From contig OY282370.1 in NCBI GenBank assembly GCA_958295745.1, forward strand, positions 1,031,990-1,095,989: 64,000 nt of DNA, in the 5' to 3' direction. Positions 10,188 to 20,153 of this stretch are shown here, piece after piece. Under the pieces are notes generated by a model. The model was not told the DNA's origin, made no database searches, and saw only the letters and a program-made list of their open reading frames with translations. A program made the translations under genes and the position numbers. The number at the start of each line of letters is the position of its first letter. Position 1 is the stretch's first letter. The stretch comes from an uncultured Acidimicrobiia bacterium. GTDB taxonomy: Bacteria; Actinomycetota; Acidimicrobiia; Spongiisociales; Spongiisociaceae.

Positions 10188-10976
10188 TCAGGCCGTTGCT
10201 CTGGCCAGGGCTTTGCGTAATTCGGCCTCGGGCAGGGGGCCCGCTCTGACTGCTTCGGCGGCCGGGCGCCCCTCGTGGAGCACCTCACGCAGCCACTCGG
10301 CTACCTGTTCCATCAGGTTCTGCGACTCTTCTACGGCGGCGGGGGTGAGAAGCCCGCCGTGGCCGGGGACCACCGTCGGCCTAAGGGTGGGGAGGGCAAC
10401 GGTCAGGGTGGCCGGCCAGTCGAAGGGATAGCTGTCCCCCATCTTCGGCGGCTCTCCCTCCTCCACTAGGTCTCCCATGAAGGTGACCTCGCCGCAGTGG
10501 ATCAGGATGTCGCCGTCGGTGTGCCCCCGCCCGTGGTAGGCGGCTTCCACCTGCCGGCCGCCTACATCGACGGCGGCGAGGGCTTCGAAGGTCCGGGCGG
10601 GCGGGACTATCTCCACCCGGTCGATCTCGCCCCAGCGGTCTTCGGGCATCCATTTGCGGGCGTCTTCTCGGTGCTGGACGGGGTGATCCAGCAACATCCG
10701 CCGACAGGTTCGGTGACCCCAGACGACGGCGTCCGGGAAGGCGGCGTTGCCGAAGACGTGGTCCCAATGCCAGTGGGTGTTGACGACCCACCGCACCGGC
10801 TTGGGGGTGAGGGTGCGGAGCTCACCGGCCAGCTCCTCGGCGGCTTCACGGCTCTCTCGCGAGTCGATGAGCAGCACCCCATCTTCGCCGATCACCACCC
10901 CGATGTTCGACCGGAGAAAGGGGAACCGGCGCCGGAAGACGCCCTCGGACAATTCCTCGAACATGTCCTTGAGCAT
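10188..10976 (-). CDS. MBL-fold metallo-hydrolase
   Basis: NTHWHWDH motif, GHT.GD, MGD, VVPGHG. Confidence 0.92.
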   Translation of the reverse strand: MLKDMFEELSEGVFRRRFPFLRSNIGVVIGEDGVLLIDSRESREAAEELAGELRTLTPKPVRWVVNTHWHWDHVFGNAAFPDAVVWGHRTCRRMLLDHPVQHREDARKWMPEDRWGEIDRVEIVPPARTFEALAAVDVGGRQVEAAYHGRGHTDGDILIHCGEVTFMGDLVEEGEPPKMGDSYPFDWPATLTVALPTLRPTVVPGHGGLLTPAAVEESQNLMEQVAEWLREVLHEGRPAAEAVRAGPLPEAELRKALARATA

Positions 10977-11110
10977 ACGATGCGGGGCGTTTTTCCCGAG
11001 CATCGCCCTAGCTGCACACCCGGCCGCCGGCCCTCGGATTCGGGCAAGATGAACATACCGAGTGTCCGAGTGTGCCGAACCGCCCGCCGTCAGGCATCAT
11101 AGGGGCTGAC

Positions 11111-12115
11111 ATGCCGACCAACGTATCCCCCGAATACAAGAAGGCAGAGGCCGGATACAAAACCGCCCGGGAACCTCGGGAACGGCTGGTGGCCCTGCGC
11201 GAGATGCTGCGCACCATCCCCAAGCACAAGGGCACCGAGCACCTGCAGGCGGACATCAAGACCAAGATCAAAGAGCTGACCGTGGAGCTGTCGGGGCCCA
11301 GGAAGGGAGGAGCGCGCGGCGGCCCGGTCTACACCATCCGACCCGAAGGCGCCGGCCAGATCGCCCTCCTGGGGCCTCCCAACAGCGGCAAGTCCACCCT
11401 CCACCACGCACTGACCGGGTCGGGGGCGGCCACCGGCCCTTATCCGTTCACCACCCAACACCCTCGGCCGGGGATGATCCCCGTGGAGGACGTAGGCATC
11501 CAGCTGATCGACCTGCCCCCGATAGCCGAACGGCATCCATTGCCCTGGATCGCCAACGCCCTCCAGCCGGCCGACGGGGCCCTGCTGGTGGTCGATCTGT
11601 CACTGCCGGGGTGTGCGGCGGCGGTGGAGGAGCTGGTGCTGCTGCTCGCCGGGCGGAAGGTCCACCTGACCGGGGAATGGCCGAGGGGCGCAGCGCCGCC
11701 TCCGGAACCGGAGGACCTGTTCACCAAGCGGCTCCCGTCCGCGCTGGTGGCCGCCCAAGCGGAGCTGCTGGATTCGGCCGAGGAGGAAGCCGACGTCCTG
11801 CTGGAGCTGGTCGAACTGGATCTGCCGGTCCTGCGGGCGTCGGCGGCGGAGGAGGAGATCGACCACCTAGGAGCCTGGTTGTTCGACGCCCTCGGGGTGG
11901 TGCGGGTATACACGGAGACGGCGGCGAAGAAGCGGGACGACCGCCCCTACACCATACGGCGCGGCCAGACGGTGCAAGACGTGGCCGCTCTGATCCACAA
12001 GGACTTCGCCAGGGATCTCAAGTTCGCCCGGCTGATGCGGCCGGGCCGGCCCGACCGGCGGGTGGGGCGCGCCTTCCCTTTGGAGGACGGCGACCGCATC
12101 GCGATACACGCCTGA
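11111..12115 (+). CDS. DRG/Obg-family GTPase with C-terminal TGS domain
   Basis: MPTNVSPEY, IPKHKGTEHLQAD, GPPNSGKST (G1), YPFTT (G2), DLP (G3), TGS-like TV.DVA.LIH.DF...L.DGD. Confidence 0.88.
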   Translation: MPTNVSPEYKKAEAGYKTAREPRERLVALREMLRTIPKHKGTEHLQADIKTKIKELTVELSGPRKGGARGGPVYTIRPEGAGQIALLGPPNSGKSTLHHALTGSGAATGPYPFTTQHPRPGMIPVEDVGIQLIDLPPIAERHPLPWIANALQPADGALLVVDLSLPGCAAAVEELVLLLAGRKVHLTGEWPRGAAPPPEPEDLFTKRLPSALVAAQAELLDSAEEEADVLLELVELDLPVLRASAAEEEIDHLGAWLFDALGVVRVYTETAAKKRDDRPYTIRRGQTVQDVAALIHKDFARDLKFARLMRPGRPDRRVGRAFPLEDGDRIAIHA

Positions 12116-12239
12116 GACCCTCCCCTTCAGCAGAACCGCAACGTCCTCGTTTCGTTCGGAAGAGGCGAAAGGGGCCTTTGAACACCGAACCGCTGACCCG
12201 TGAACACCGCCGCGGCCCGCGCCCTCGGAGGCTCTGCTG

Positions 12240-13622
12240 CTACGGCCCTGTCGAGCTCGTGTATCCGTGGGGCAGGTTGTCGAACCGGGTGAAGCGGTCG
12301 GCGAAGGTGGTCTTGACCACTCCGGTGGGGCCGGCCCGCTGTTTGGCGATGATGATGTCGGCCATACCCTTCTCCGTGGTGTTGGGGTTGTAGTACTCGT
12401 CTCGGTAGATCATCAGCACCACGTCGGCGTCCTGTTCGATAGCGCCCGACTCCCTGAGGTCGCCGAGCTGGGGCCGTTTGTCGCTGCGGGTCTCCAATGC
12501 CCGGTTCAGCTGGGAAACGGCGATCACCGGCACGTCCAGCTCCCGGGCCAGGGTCTTGAGGTTGAGGCTGATGTCGGCGATTTCCTGCTGGCGGTTCTCG
12601 CGGTTGCGGGCGTGCATCAGCTGCAGGTAGTCCACTACCACCATCTCCAACCCGGCCTTGCGTTTCAGACGCCGGCATTTGGCGCGTATCTCGGTGACCG
12701 TGCGCGACCCCTCGTCCGCATACAGCGGCACCTCGTAGAGGGCCGAGGAGGTATTGATCAACGTCGTCCACATCCGGTCCGGTATCCCGCCCCCTCCTCC
12801 GGATTGCAGCCGCATAGAGTCGACCCTCGCTTCGGACCCCAACCAGCGGTAGGCGATCTCCATCGGGGACATCTCCATGCTGAAGAAGGCCACCGTACCG
12901 TATTTGACGGCCACATGGCCGGCGATGTTCATGGCCAGGGCGCTCTTGCCCATCCCCGGACGGCCCGCCACCACCGTCAGGGTCGAGGGGCGCAGACCCC
13001 CCAACTTGCGGTCGAGGTCGGTAAGCCCGGTGGTGAGGCCGGCGACTTCCAGGCCTTGCGCCTCCACCTGCTCCAGCCGCTCCAGCACCTTCGACAGCAG
13101 GCTTCCCAATATCTCGAAGCCGTCGCCCGCCCGGCTTTCCGCCACTCTCAGCATCCGCTGCTCGGCCATGTCCAACAAGTCGTCTATGTCCATGTCCAGA
13201 TCCATGGCCAGCTCGGTGATGCGGGTGCTGGCCTCCAGCATCCCCCGGCGCAGGGCGTGGCCCTCCACGACCTCGATGTAGTAGCCCACGTTGGCGGCGG
13301 AGGGCACCGCATCCCAGAACCCCACCACGAAACTCCCCCCGCCGGCCCGGTCCAGCTCGCCGCTCCGATGCAGCCGGTCGACCACGGTTACGGTGTCGAT
13401 CGGCTGGTTATCGTCGTACAGGCGGCGCATCGCCTCGTAGATCGTGCGGTGGGCGGGAACGTAGAAGTCCTCGGCCACCAGCTGGTCGAACACCTCGTCG
13501 GCGGCCGACCTGGAGCGCAGCACCGCGCCCAGTATCGACTCCTCCGCCTCCACGGAATGAGGCGGAACCCTCTGCGCCCTCGCGGCGGGCGGAGGAGCGG
13601 ACGGCCAGTCTGTCAAGGTCAT
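12240..13622 (-). CDS. dnaB: Replicative DNA helicase DnaB
   Basis: PPHSVEAEESILG, GRPGMGKS, FSMEMS, VDYLQLM, SQLNR, DLRESGAIEQDAD, KQR.GPTG. No intein seen. Confidence 0.97.
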   Translation of the reverse strand: MTLTDWPSAPPPAARAQRVPPHSVEAEESILGAVLRSRSAADEVFDQLVAEDFYVPAHRTIYEAMRRLYDDNQPIDTVTVVDRLHRSGELDRAGGGSFVVGFWDAVPSAANVGYYIEVVEGHALRRGMLEASTRITELAMDLDMDIDDLLDMAEQRMLRVAESRAGDGFEILGSLLSKVLERLEQVEAQGLEVAGLTTGLTDLDRKLGGLRPSTLTVVAGRPGMGKSALAMNIAGHVAVKYGTVAFFSMEMSPMEIAYRWLGSEARVDSMRLQSGGGGGIPDRMWTTLINTSSALYEVPLYADEGSRTVTEIRAKCRRLKRKAGLEMVVVDYLQLMHARNRENRQQEIADISLNLKTLARELDVPVIAVSQLNRALETRSDKRPQLGDLRESGAIEQDADVVLMIYRDEYYNPNTTEKGMADIIIAKQRAGPTGVVKTTFADRFTRFDNLPHGYTSSTGP

Positions 13623-13707
13623 CGCGAACCCCTCATACCGAGATCCCCGCAACCGGGCTCTGATCGTTCATCGCGGCTCCTGTGTCTTTCCGTTTCTTCT
13701 TCACACA

Positions 13708-13729
13708 TTCATACCGTTCGGGTGTGACA
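13708..13729 (-). promoter_or_regulatory. TGTCAC-N10-TATGAA motif upstream of dnaB (PafBC-like, imperfect -10)
   Basis: Minus strand TGTCACACCCGAACGGTATGAA; same TGTCACACCC as upstream of ssb. Confidence 0.5.
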
Positions 13730-14016
13730 TCTTTTGTCCACCCGGGGGTGCCGCCCGTCTCCCGGCGCCTTCCCGCCCCCGGCAGGGCAGGCAGAACCCC
13801 GCTTGAGAGGGGAAGCACCCCACCGGCTCGAGCCGGGCGCGGGCAACCCACCAAGGGAAGCGGGGGAAGTGAAGCGGGGAAAGCGTCCGGCGCGGCGGGT
13901 TCCACCCCGATGCCGTACCGGACTCAGCCTACGCGGCCCGGCAGCCCCGAAGACCTTTGGAGCGGCCCCAACTTTTCGCGTTCTCGACTTTTTCGGGCAA
14001 CCCCGGCCCGGCCGGT

Positions 14017-14463
14017 CTAGGCGGGTATCACATCCAGCACCAAGGGGAAGATCACCTCCGGATCGAGGGTGATATTCACCTCGTGGAACCCTATCGTCTT
14101 TATCGGCTCCGGCAGGGTCACCATCTTCCGATCCAGGGTGACCTGGGACAGGCTGCGCACCGCATCGATGACCTCGGACACCCCGATCGAGCCGAACAGC
14201 CTGCCCTCGTCACCGGTCCGGGCGGCGATGACGATCCGGGTGTCGGCGAGCTGCAGCCGCAGGTTCTCGGCGGCTTCGAGTTCCCGGCGGCGGGCGGCCT
14301 CGACCGCCCTCCGGGCTTCCTGTATCTGGCGGATCATCCCGGTGGTGGCCTTGGCGGCCAGCCCCTTGGGCAACAAGAAGTTGCGCCCGTACCCGTCCGA
14401 CACCTCCACCACGTCGCCCTTGGCGCCGAGGGTGTCGACGTCGGTGTTGAGCACCAGCCTCAT
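14017..14463 (-). CDS. rplI: 50S ribosomal protein L9
   Basis: [34 protein letters not shown]. Confidence 0.97.
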   Translation of the reverse strand: MRLVLNTDVDTLGAKGDVVEVSDGYGRNFLLPKGLAAKATTGMIRQIQEARRAVEAARRRELEAAENLRLQLADTRIVIAARTGDEGRLFGSIGVSEVIDAVRSLSQVTLDRKMVTLPEPIKTIGFHEVNITLDPEVIFPLVLDVIPA

Positions 14464-14744
14464 CGCTGGCTCCCCGTGTATGGGAGGAGCGCCATCTCGC
14501 GGGCGTTCTTGACGGCGGAGGCCACCCGGCGCTGATACTGGGCGCAAGCCCCGGTCACCCGGCGTGAGCGTATCTTCCCGCGGTCCGAGACGAACCGCCG
14601 CAAGGTGGCCACGTCCTTGTAGTCGACGTAGGGAACCCGGGTGTTGTCACACTTCATCTGGCGGCAGCCCGGGCAGGCCCGCTTGCGGATCGTCTTGGGC
14701 CCGCGGGAACGCCGCCGCCGCCGGGTAGGGGTTCTTCTTGCCAT
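14460..14744 (-). CDS. rpsR: 30S ribosomal protein S18
   Basis: [37 protein letters not shown]. Confidence 0.97.
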   Translation of the reverse strand: MARRTPTRRRRRSRGPKTIRKRACPGCRQMKCDNTRVPYVDYKDVATLRRFVSDRGKIRSRRVTGACAQYQRRVASAVKNAREMALLPYTGSQR

Positions 14745-14760
14745 GATGCTCGCTTCCTCC

Positions 14761-15240
14761 TCAGAAGGGGGCCTCGTCGGGCCCGACTTTCTCGCGGGCC
14801 ACCGGACCCGCCGGACGTGAAGACTGCCGGCCGCCGCCGCTCCCCCGGCCGCCGCCGCCCCAGCTGCCGCCGCCGCCGCGGGATTCGGACCGGGTCACCG
14901 AGGCGGTGGCCCAGCGCAGGCTCGGCCCGATCTCGTCGATGGTTATCTCCACCACGGAGCGGCGCTCGCCCTGCTCGGTCTCCCACGAGCGTTGCTGCAG
15001 CCGTCCGTTGACCAGTACCCGAGTCCCCTTCCGCAGCGACTCCGACACGTTCTCGGCCATGTCCCGCCAACAGGTGGCGGTGAAGAAACTGACCTCTTCC
15101 TGAAAATCGTTGATGTTCCGGTCGAACCACCGGCGGTTGACCGCCAACCGCAGCTTGGCCATGGCCACCCCGGAGGGGGTGAACCGCAGCTCCGGGTCCT
15201 CCACCAGATTCCCTACCACTGTCACTGTGTTGTCCGGCAT
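14761..15240 (-). CDS. ssb: Single-stranded DNA-binding protein
   Basis: [36 protein letters not shown], Gly-rich tail ending DEAPF. Confidence 0.97.
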   Translation of the reverse strand: MPDNTVTVVGNLVEDPELRFTPSGVAMAKLRLAVNRRWFDRNINDFQEEVSFFTATCWRDMAENVSESLRKGTRVLVNGRLQQRSWETEQGERRSVVEITIDEIGPSLRWATASVTRSESRGGGGSWGGGGRGSGGGRQSSRPAGPVAREKVGPDEAPF

Positions 15241-15280
15241 TGTCCTTCCAATCTGTCGTTCGGATCGATTGCTCGGTCAC

Positions 15281-15302
15281 ACCGTACGACGGGGGTGTGA
15301 CA
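15281..15302 (-). promoter_or_regulatory. TGTCAC-N10-TACGGT internal promoter-like motif for ssb (PafBC-like)
   Basis: Minus strand TGTCACACCCCCGTCGTACGGT, 41 bp upstream of the ssb ATG; fits TGTC..-N10-TAnnnT spacing. Confidence 0.6.
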
Positions 15303-15319
15303 GATTCGGGACGGGGGAC

Positions 15320-15637
15320 CTACTCCGGACGGTTTCCGCGCCGGGCGGGGCGGATGTCCGGCCGGATGATCTTGTGCCGCAATACCGAATCCGAGAGGCT
15401 CAAAGCCCTGTTCAGACGGTCGACGTGGTTGGACTCCCCCTCGAAGGTGAGCACCGTGTAGTAGCCCTCGACGGCCTTGTCGATCTCGTAGGCGAGGCGG
15501 CGCTTGCCCCAGAAATCGATGTCGGAGACCGAAGCCCCCTCCTCGGTCAGGAACCTCTCCAGCACCTTCGATTCCCGCCGCGCCTCGGCTTCGGCCAGCT
15601 CGGGCCGGTGAATGGTCATGAGCTCATAGGTGCGCAT
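15320..15637 (-). CDS. rpsF: 30S ribosomal protein S6
   Basis: MRTYELMTIHRP, WGKRRLAYEI, EGYY, VLRH. Confidence 0.97.
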   Translation of the reverse strand: MRTYELMTIHRPELAEAEARRESKVLERFLTEEGASVSDIDFWGKRRLAYEIDKAVEGYYTVLTFEGESNHVDRLNRALSLSDSVLRHKIIRPDIRPARRGNRPE

Positions 15638-15873
15638 GGATGCGCATCACCTCCTTCGGACATCCCGGCCGGGACTCGGCCCGGGAAGGCACCCCTCTGC
15701 GGGTGCAGGATCGGTTCGTTGTGATCACCGCCCGGCGCGCACGGCGGTCGGTGCGCCGCAAGTATAGGTTCGTCTGAGGCCGATACACCAAAGTGCGGGG
15801 CGGCCGTTCCCTCCGGCGGGCGCCGCCTCCTCCCTCGGAACGCTGAAAGCACATGAAGGATCGAGGCCGGGGA

Positions 15874-16797
15874 TCACGGACGGGCCTCGATCCTCACCTC
15901 GAAGATGTTGGGCCAGCGCTTGCCGGCCAGGTAGAAGACCCCGCGGTCCGGGTCGTAGGCGATCCCGTTCAGGACGTTGCCGGGGTCGTCCGCCAGAACG
16001 CCCGGGGGCAGCTCGTCGAGGAGGGCGGAGGCATCTACGACCGCCTCCACCAGGCCCGAAACGGCGTCGATCGCCAATATCTCCTCCGTCAGCCAGACGT
16101 TGGCGTAGACCAGACCGCCTACGCACTCGAGCTCGTTGAGCCTCTCCACCGGCTCACCGTCCGCCAGACGCACCGGTATCTCCCCGCCTATGACCTCGAA
16201 GGTCTCCAGGTCCCGGACGGTCAGGCTCGACGAGCCGTCGCTCATCACGAACCGGTCTTCGAAGGCGCACAGCCCCCAGCCTTCCCCCTCGTAGGTGTAG
16301 CGGCCGAGCGGGGCCAGCGTCTCGGCGTCCCACACGAAGGCGGTTCCCTCCCGCCAGGTCAGCTGGACGACGCGGTTCCCCACCACTTCCAGGCCTTCCC
16401 CGAAGTAACCGTCCTCCAAGGCCCGGGAGGAGAGGACCTCCCCGGTGTCCGGCGCGATGATCCGCACCGTGGATTCACCGTAGAGGCCGGTGCTCTCGTA
16501 GAACAGCCCGTCGTGGAGCGCCAAGCCCTGGGTGAAGGCCTCCGGGTCGTGGGGAAGGGCGCGCAGTATCGAGATCACCGGCCGCCCGGACAGGACCGAA
16601 GCCGCGGTGTCGGCGGGCCGGACGGGGACCGTGGTCGGAGCGGCGGCGGTTACCGGGACGGCGACGGTTGCCGGAGCGGTCATTGTTGATGCGGGGCTTG
16701 GCCGAGAGGGCTCCGTACAAGCCGCCAGGAGGGTGCAGACGAGGAGCGCGGCGCAAAAACCCGCCCCGCCCGGCCGCCGCCCCCGAAGGGCCCTCAT
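15874..16797 (-). CDS. Glutaminyl-peptide cyclotransferase family lipoprotein
   Basis: Lipobox LAAC; PHDPEAFTQGL, ESTGLYG.S, FGEG, EGWGL, SDGS, LNELE, NVLNGIAYD, GK.WP. Confidence 0.93.
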   Translation of the reverse strand: MRALRGRRPGGAGFCAALLVCTLLAACTEPSRPSPASTMTAPATVAVPVTAAAPTTVPVRPADTAASVLSGRPVISILRALPHDPEAFTQGLALHDGLFYESTGLYGESTVRIIAPDTGEVLSSRALEDGYFGEGLEVVGNRVVQLTWREGTAFVWDAETLAPLGRYTYEGEGWGLCAFEDRFVMSDGSSSLTVRDLETFEVIGGEIPVRLADGEPVERLNELECVGGLVYANVWLTEEILAIDAVSGLVEAVVDASALLDELPPGVLADDPGNVLNGIAYDPDRGVFYLAGKRWPNIFEVRIEARP

Positions 16798-17009
16798 CCG
16801 GCGGCGGGGTTTATCAGTCTGCCGTCATCGTCAAATCGGTATCCATCGGGCATGTTGGCCAGCAGAGCATCCATCCTCTCGGCCCGTAAATCGTCGAACT
16901 CCCCATCAGCAAAGCGGCCGGCTAGCTGTTCGAGTTCCTCGATGCCCTCGTAGATGTCGTCTGCCTCATGGGGCCGGCTGCGCTCGCTTTGACGTATAAC
17001 TGAAGTCAT
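16794..17009 (-). CDS. Small acidic hypothetical protein (71 aa)
   Basis: Stop overlaps the cyclotransferase start by 4 nt; no recognised motif. Confidence 0.5.
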   Translation of the reverse strand: MTSVIRQSERSRPHEADDIYEGIEELEQLAGRFADGEFDDLRAERMDALLANMPDGYRFDDDGRLINPAAG

Positions 17010-17068
17010 GTGCTCATCACCCTAGCCTCTTTATCCGCTTTCGCAACTCTGATTATGCTCTCTATCGG

Positions 17069-17341
17069 TCATGGCTGCTTATTCCCTTTTTGTTTGTCAT
17101 TATTGATAAGGTTTTCCATCTCTTGAACAAACTTACCCGTAGCAATAGCAGCATCTAGGCTGATTATATACTCGTCGTTTATAATTTTTTCCCAGTCTCT
17201 TTGGAGCGCGTGCCTATCTGCCTCCGTACTCGAATCAAAACGCCTGCGCCTATTCAGCTTGGTTCCCAAATCTACAAGCCTCGCCATCCCATCCAGAAGA
17301 GGTGCCTTAGGTCGTCGCGGCATGCGAGCTAGTCCACTCAT
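17069..17341 (-). CDS. Small hypothetical protein in low-GC islet
   Basis: 90 aa ORF (LDGMARLVDLG...EADRHALQRDW) in visibly AT-rich DNA. Confidence 0.55.
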   Translation of the reverse strand: MSGLARMPRRPKAPLLDGMARLVDLGTKLNRRRRFDSSTEADRHALQRDWEKIINDEYIISLDAAIATGKFVQEMENLINNDKQKGNKQP

Positions 17342-17453
17342 ACAAGTACTCCTTCCAATAGGCAGATATCCGGGGCGCCGAGTTGTGGATAGAGATGGAG
17401 ACTATACCCCTCTCTCGACTATCCTGCGGGGCCTTCTGGCATATAGAGGTGCG

Positions 17454-18221
17454 ATGACCTCGGACCGTTTCGATCTGTCGGGTGAGCGGGCCCTGATCAC
17501 CGGGGCGGGCGGCGGCCTCGGTCTGGCCATGGCCCGGGCGTTCGCCGAGCACGGGGCCCGGGTGGCGATCCTCGACAAGAACCCGGCCGCGGCGGCCGAC
17601 GCCGCCGCCCGGATCGAAGCGTCGGGGGGCTCGGCCCTCTCCTTGGGGACCGACGTTACCGACCGGGGCGCCGCCGAGGAGTCGGTGGGAACGGTGATAG
17701 ATGCCTGGGGCGGGCTGGACATCCTCGTCAACAACGCCGGGGTGGGCCGGCTGGGCCCCGCAGAGGAGGTCCCGATGGAACGGTTCCGCCTGACCTACGA
17801 GGTAGACGTCTTCGCTCCTTTCGCTTTCTCCCGGGCCGCCTTCCGCCCCATGTCCTCCCAAGGCCGGGGATGCATCATCAACACGGCCAGCATCGCCGGC
17901 CTCAAGGCGCTCCACCCCGACCGGGACATCGCCTACCACTCGGCCAAGGCGGCTCTGATCATGTTCACCCGCGCCCTGGCCGTCGAGTGGGCCGAGCACG
18001 GGATACGGGTGAACGCCATCGCTCCGGGATTCATGCGCACCCGCCCGGCGGTCGAATCGACCCACCCCGTGGCCTGGGACCACCACCTGTCCAGGATCCC
18101 CCTGGGGCGGCCCGGCCTCCCCGAAGACATCCAAGGCGCCGCCGTATACCTGGCCTCCCCCGCCGCCGCCTACGTGACCGGAACCGTGCTGGTGGTGGAC
18201 GGCGGCAACATGGGCATGTAA
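17454..18221 (+). CDS. SDR-family oxidoreductase
   Basis: TGAGGGLG, NNAG, YHSAK, IRVNAIAPG; GAGG RBS before ATG 17454. Confidence 0.92.
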   Translation: MTSDRFDLSGERALITGAGGGLGLAMARAFAEHGARVAILDKNPAAAADAAARIEASGGSALSLGTDVTDRGAAEESVGTVIDAWGGLDILVNNAGVGRLGPAEEVPMERFRLTYEVDVFAPFAFSRAAFRPMSSQGRGCIINTASIAGLKALHPDRDIAYHSAKAALIMFTRALAVEWAEHGIRVNAIAPGFMRTRPAVESTHPVAWDHHLSRIPLGRPGLPEDIQGAAVYLASPAAAYVTGTVLVVDGGNMGM

Positions 18222-18242
18222 CGGCGGGAAGAGGGGCGCCGT

Positions 18243-19055
18243 TTACGAGCCTCTACGGGCGTTCCCATCGGAAGCCGGGGCGGACCCGCCCGGAATGGCC
18301 TCTATCAGATCCCTCGTGTACTGATGGGAGGGATTGCGGAAGACCTTCCCGGTGGCCCCGGCCTCGACCACCGCGCCGTTGCGCATCACGTACATCCGGT
18401 CGGCGAAGTCGCGCACCAGCCGCAGGTCGTGGGTGATGAACAGTATCCCCAAACCCCTCTCCTCCCTGATCCGGGTAAGCAGGGCCAGCATCTGGGCTTG
18501 GGCGGACTGGTCGATCGAGGAGGTCGGCTCGTCGGCGATCAAGATGTGCGGTTCCACCGCCAAGGCCCTGGCGACGCTGACCCTCTGCCGCTGGCCGCCG
18601 GACAGGCTGCGCGGGCGGAGAAAGGCCTGCTCCTGGGTTATACCGACCTCGGCCAGCATGTCCAGAGCCGCCGAACGGGCCTCCTGCCTCGAACGGGAAT
18701 GCCAGACCCTGAAGACCTCGGCCACCGCCTGGACCGCCCGCTGTCTGGGGTTGAGGCTGGAGTACGGATCCTGGAATATCATCTGTATCCGCGAGCGCAC
18801 CTCCCTCGGAAGACCCCTCACGGAGGTCACCAGGGGCCGGCCGTCGTACCGGACCTCCCCGGAGGTGGGGCGATGGAGGACCGCCAGCACCTTCCCGACC
18901 GTGGTCTTGCCGCTCCCGCTCTCCCCCACCAGACCCACCACCTCCCCCCGCTCGACCCGGATGTCCACTTGATCGACCGCCCGGAAGGCGGACCCCCCGC
19001 GACCGAAAACAACGATGAGGCCGCTGCCGACGAGGCCGCCGTTCGGGGTGCTCAT
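18243..19055 (-). CDS. Peptide/nickel ABC transporter ATP-binding protein (OppF-like)
   Basis: GESGSGKTT, FQDPYSSLNPR, LSGGQRQR, ADEPTSSID, ITHDL. Confidence 0.92.
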   Translation of the reverse strand: MSTPNGGLVGSGLIVVFGRGGSAFRAVDQVDIRVERGEVVGLVGESGSGKTTVGKVLAVLHRPTSGEVRYDGRPLVTSVRGLPREVRSRIQMIFQDPYSSLNPRQRAVQAVAEVFRVWHSRSRQEARSAALDMLAEVGITQEQAFLRPRSLSGGQRQRVSVARALAVEPHILIADEPTSSIDQSAQAQMLALLTRIREERGLGILFITHDLRLVRDFADRMYVMRNGAVVEAGATGKVFRNPSHQYTRDLIEAIPGGSAPASDGNARRGS

Positions 19056-20098
19056 CCGGGCGCTCCGGCTTCCCCGGAACGGTTCCCTCCGCCCTCGGAC
19101 ATGGCCGAGGCAAAGGTGCAGGCCGTGAGCCGGCCCTCCACCTCGACCGGCAGGGGTTGGGATCCCGTGGAGCACCGGCCGTGCACATCCCCCTCGCCGA
19201 CCCGCAGGGTGAGGCTGCACCGCGGCCAGAAACGGCACCCGGTCGGCCAGGCCCCCACGCTGGGCGCCTCCCCCGGTATCGGTTCGAACCCGCCGGCGAT
19301 GTCCATGCTGGCCGCGGCCACCAGCCCCGCCGTATAGGGATGGCGGGATCGGCGCCGTATGGCCTCCTGCGATCCGGCCTCCATGACGGCGCCGGCGTAC
19401 AGCACCACGATCGAGTCGCACACTTCCTGCACCACCGCCAGATCGTGGGAGACCAGCAACAGGGACATGCCGAGCTGGTCCCGCAGCCTGCGCAGCAGGT
19501 CCAGGATCCTCGCCTGGACCCGCACATCCAGGGCGGTGGTGGGCTCGTCGGCGATGAGCAGAGACGGAGAGCGGGCGAGCGCCCCGGCTATGACCACCCT
19601 CTGGCGCATGCCGCCCGACAGCTGATGGGGCCGCTCGTTCATGACCGAATCCACCCGGGGGATCTCGACCATCTCCAACAGATCCCGGGCTCTCGATCGG
19701 GCCGAGCCTCCGCCGGTGATCTCGGACTTGGCGATCTCGGACTTGGCCGACCGGATCAACCCGGTCAGCTGCTTGCCCACGGTCAGCACCGGGTTGAGGC
19801 CCGCCAGCGAGCTCTGGGGGACGTAGGCGATCTTCCGCCCCCGCACCCGGCGCCACACGGATTCGGGCGCTCCGACCAGCTCCTCCCCTTCGAACCGGAT
19901 CGAACCTCCGGTCACCGCGGCGCTGTGCCGGTGCAGTGTGCCGACCAGGGCCCGGCACAGCATCGACTTGCCGGACCCGGACTCCCCCACCAAGCCGACC
20001 GCCTCGCCCATCTCCACGCCGAGGGTCACCGTGTCGACCACGGGGATGCCCTCTTTGTGGACAGTCAGCCCGATGGACAGATCCTCGACCGCCAGCAC
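19052..20098 (-). CDS. Peptide ABC transporter ATP-binding protein (OppD-like)
   Basis: GESGSGKS, PHQLSGGMRQR, ADEPTTALD, HPYT, GCRF.PRC. Confidence 0.93.
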   Translation of the reverse strand: MLAVEDLSIGLTVHKEGIPVVDTVTLGVEMGEAVGLVGESGSGKSMLCRALVGTLHRHSAAVTGGSIRFEGEELVGAPESVWRRVRGRKIAYVPQSSLAGLNPVLTVGKQLTGLIRSAKSEIAKSEITGGGSARSRARDLLEMVEIPRVDSVMNERPHQLSGGMRQRVVIAGALARSPSLLIADEPTTALDVRVQARILDLLRRLRDQLGMSLLLVSHDLAVVQEVCDSIVVLYAGAVMEAGSQEAIRRRSRHPYTAGLVAAASMDIAGGFEPIPGEAPSVGAWPTGCRFWPRCSLTLRVGEGDVHGRCSTGSQPLPVEVEGRLTACTFASAMSEGGGNRSGEAGAPG

Positions 20099-20153
20099 GC
20101 CGCTCAGGCCTCCGCCGCAGGAAGGGTGCGGGCCGAGACGGACACCTTCACCT

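Noticed and set aside
12240-13622. Intein in dnaB
   Set aside because: Normal length and contiguous motifs.
13740-14010. rplI-dnaB intergenic region as an RNA gene
   Set aside because: No tRNA or recognisable ncRNA pattern, and no second copy to support structure.
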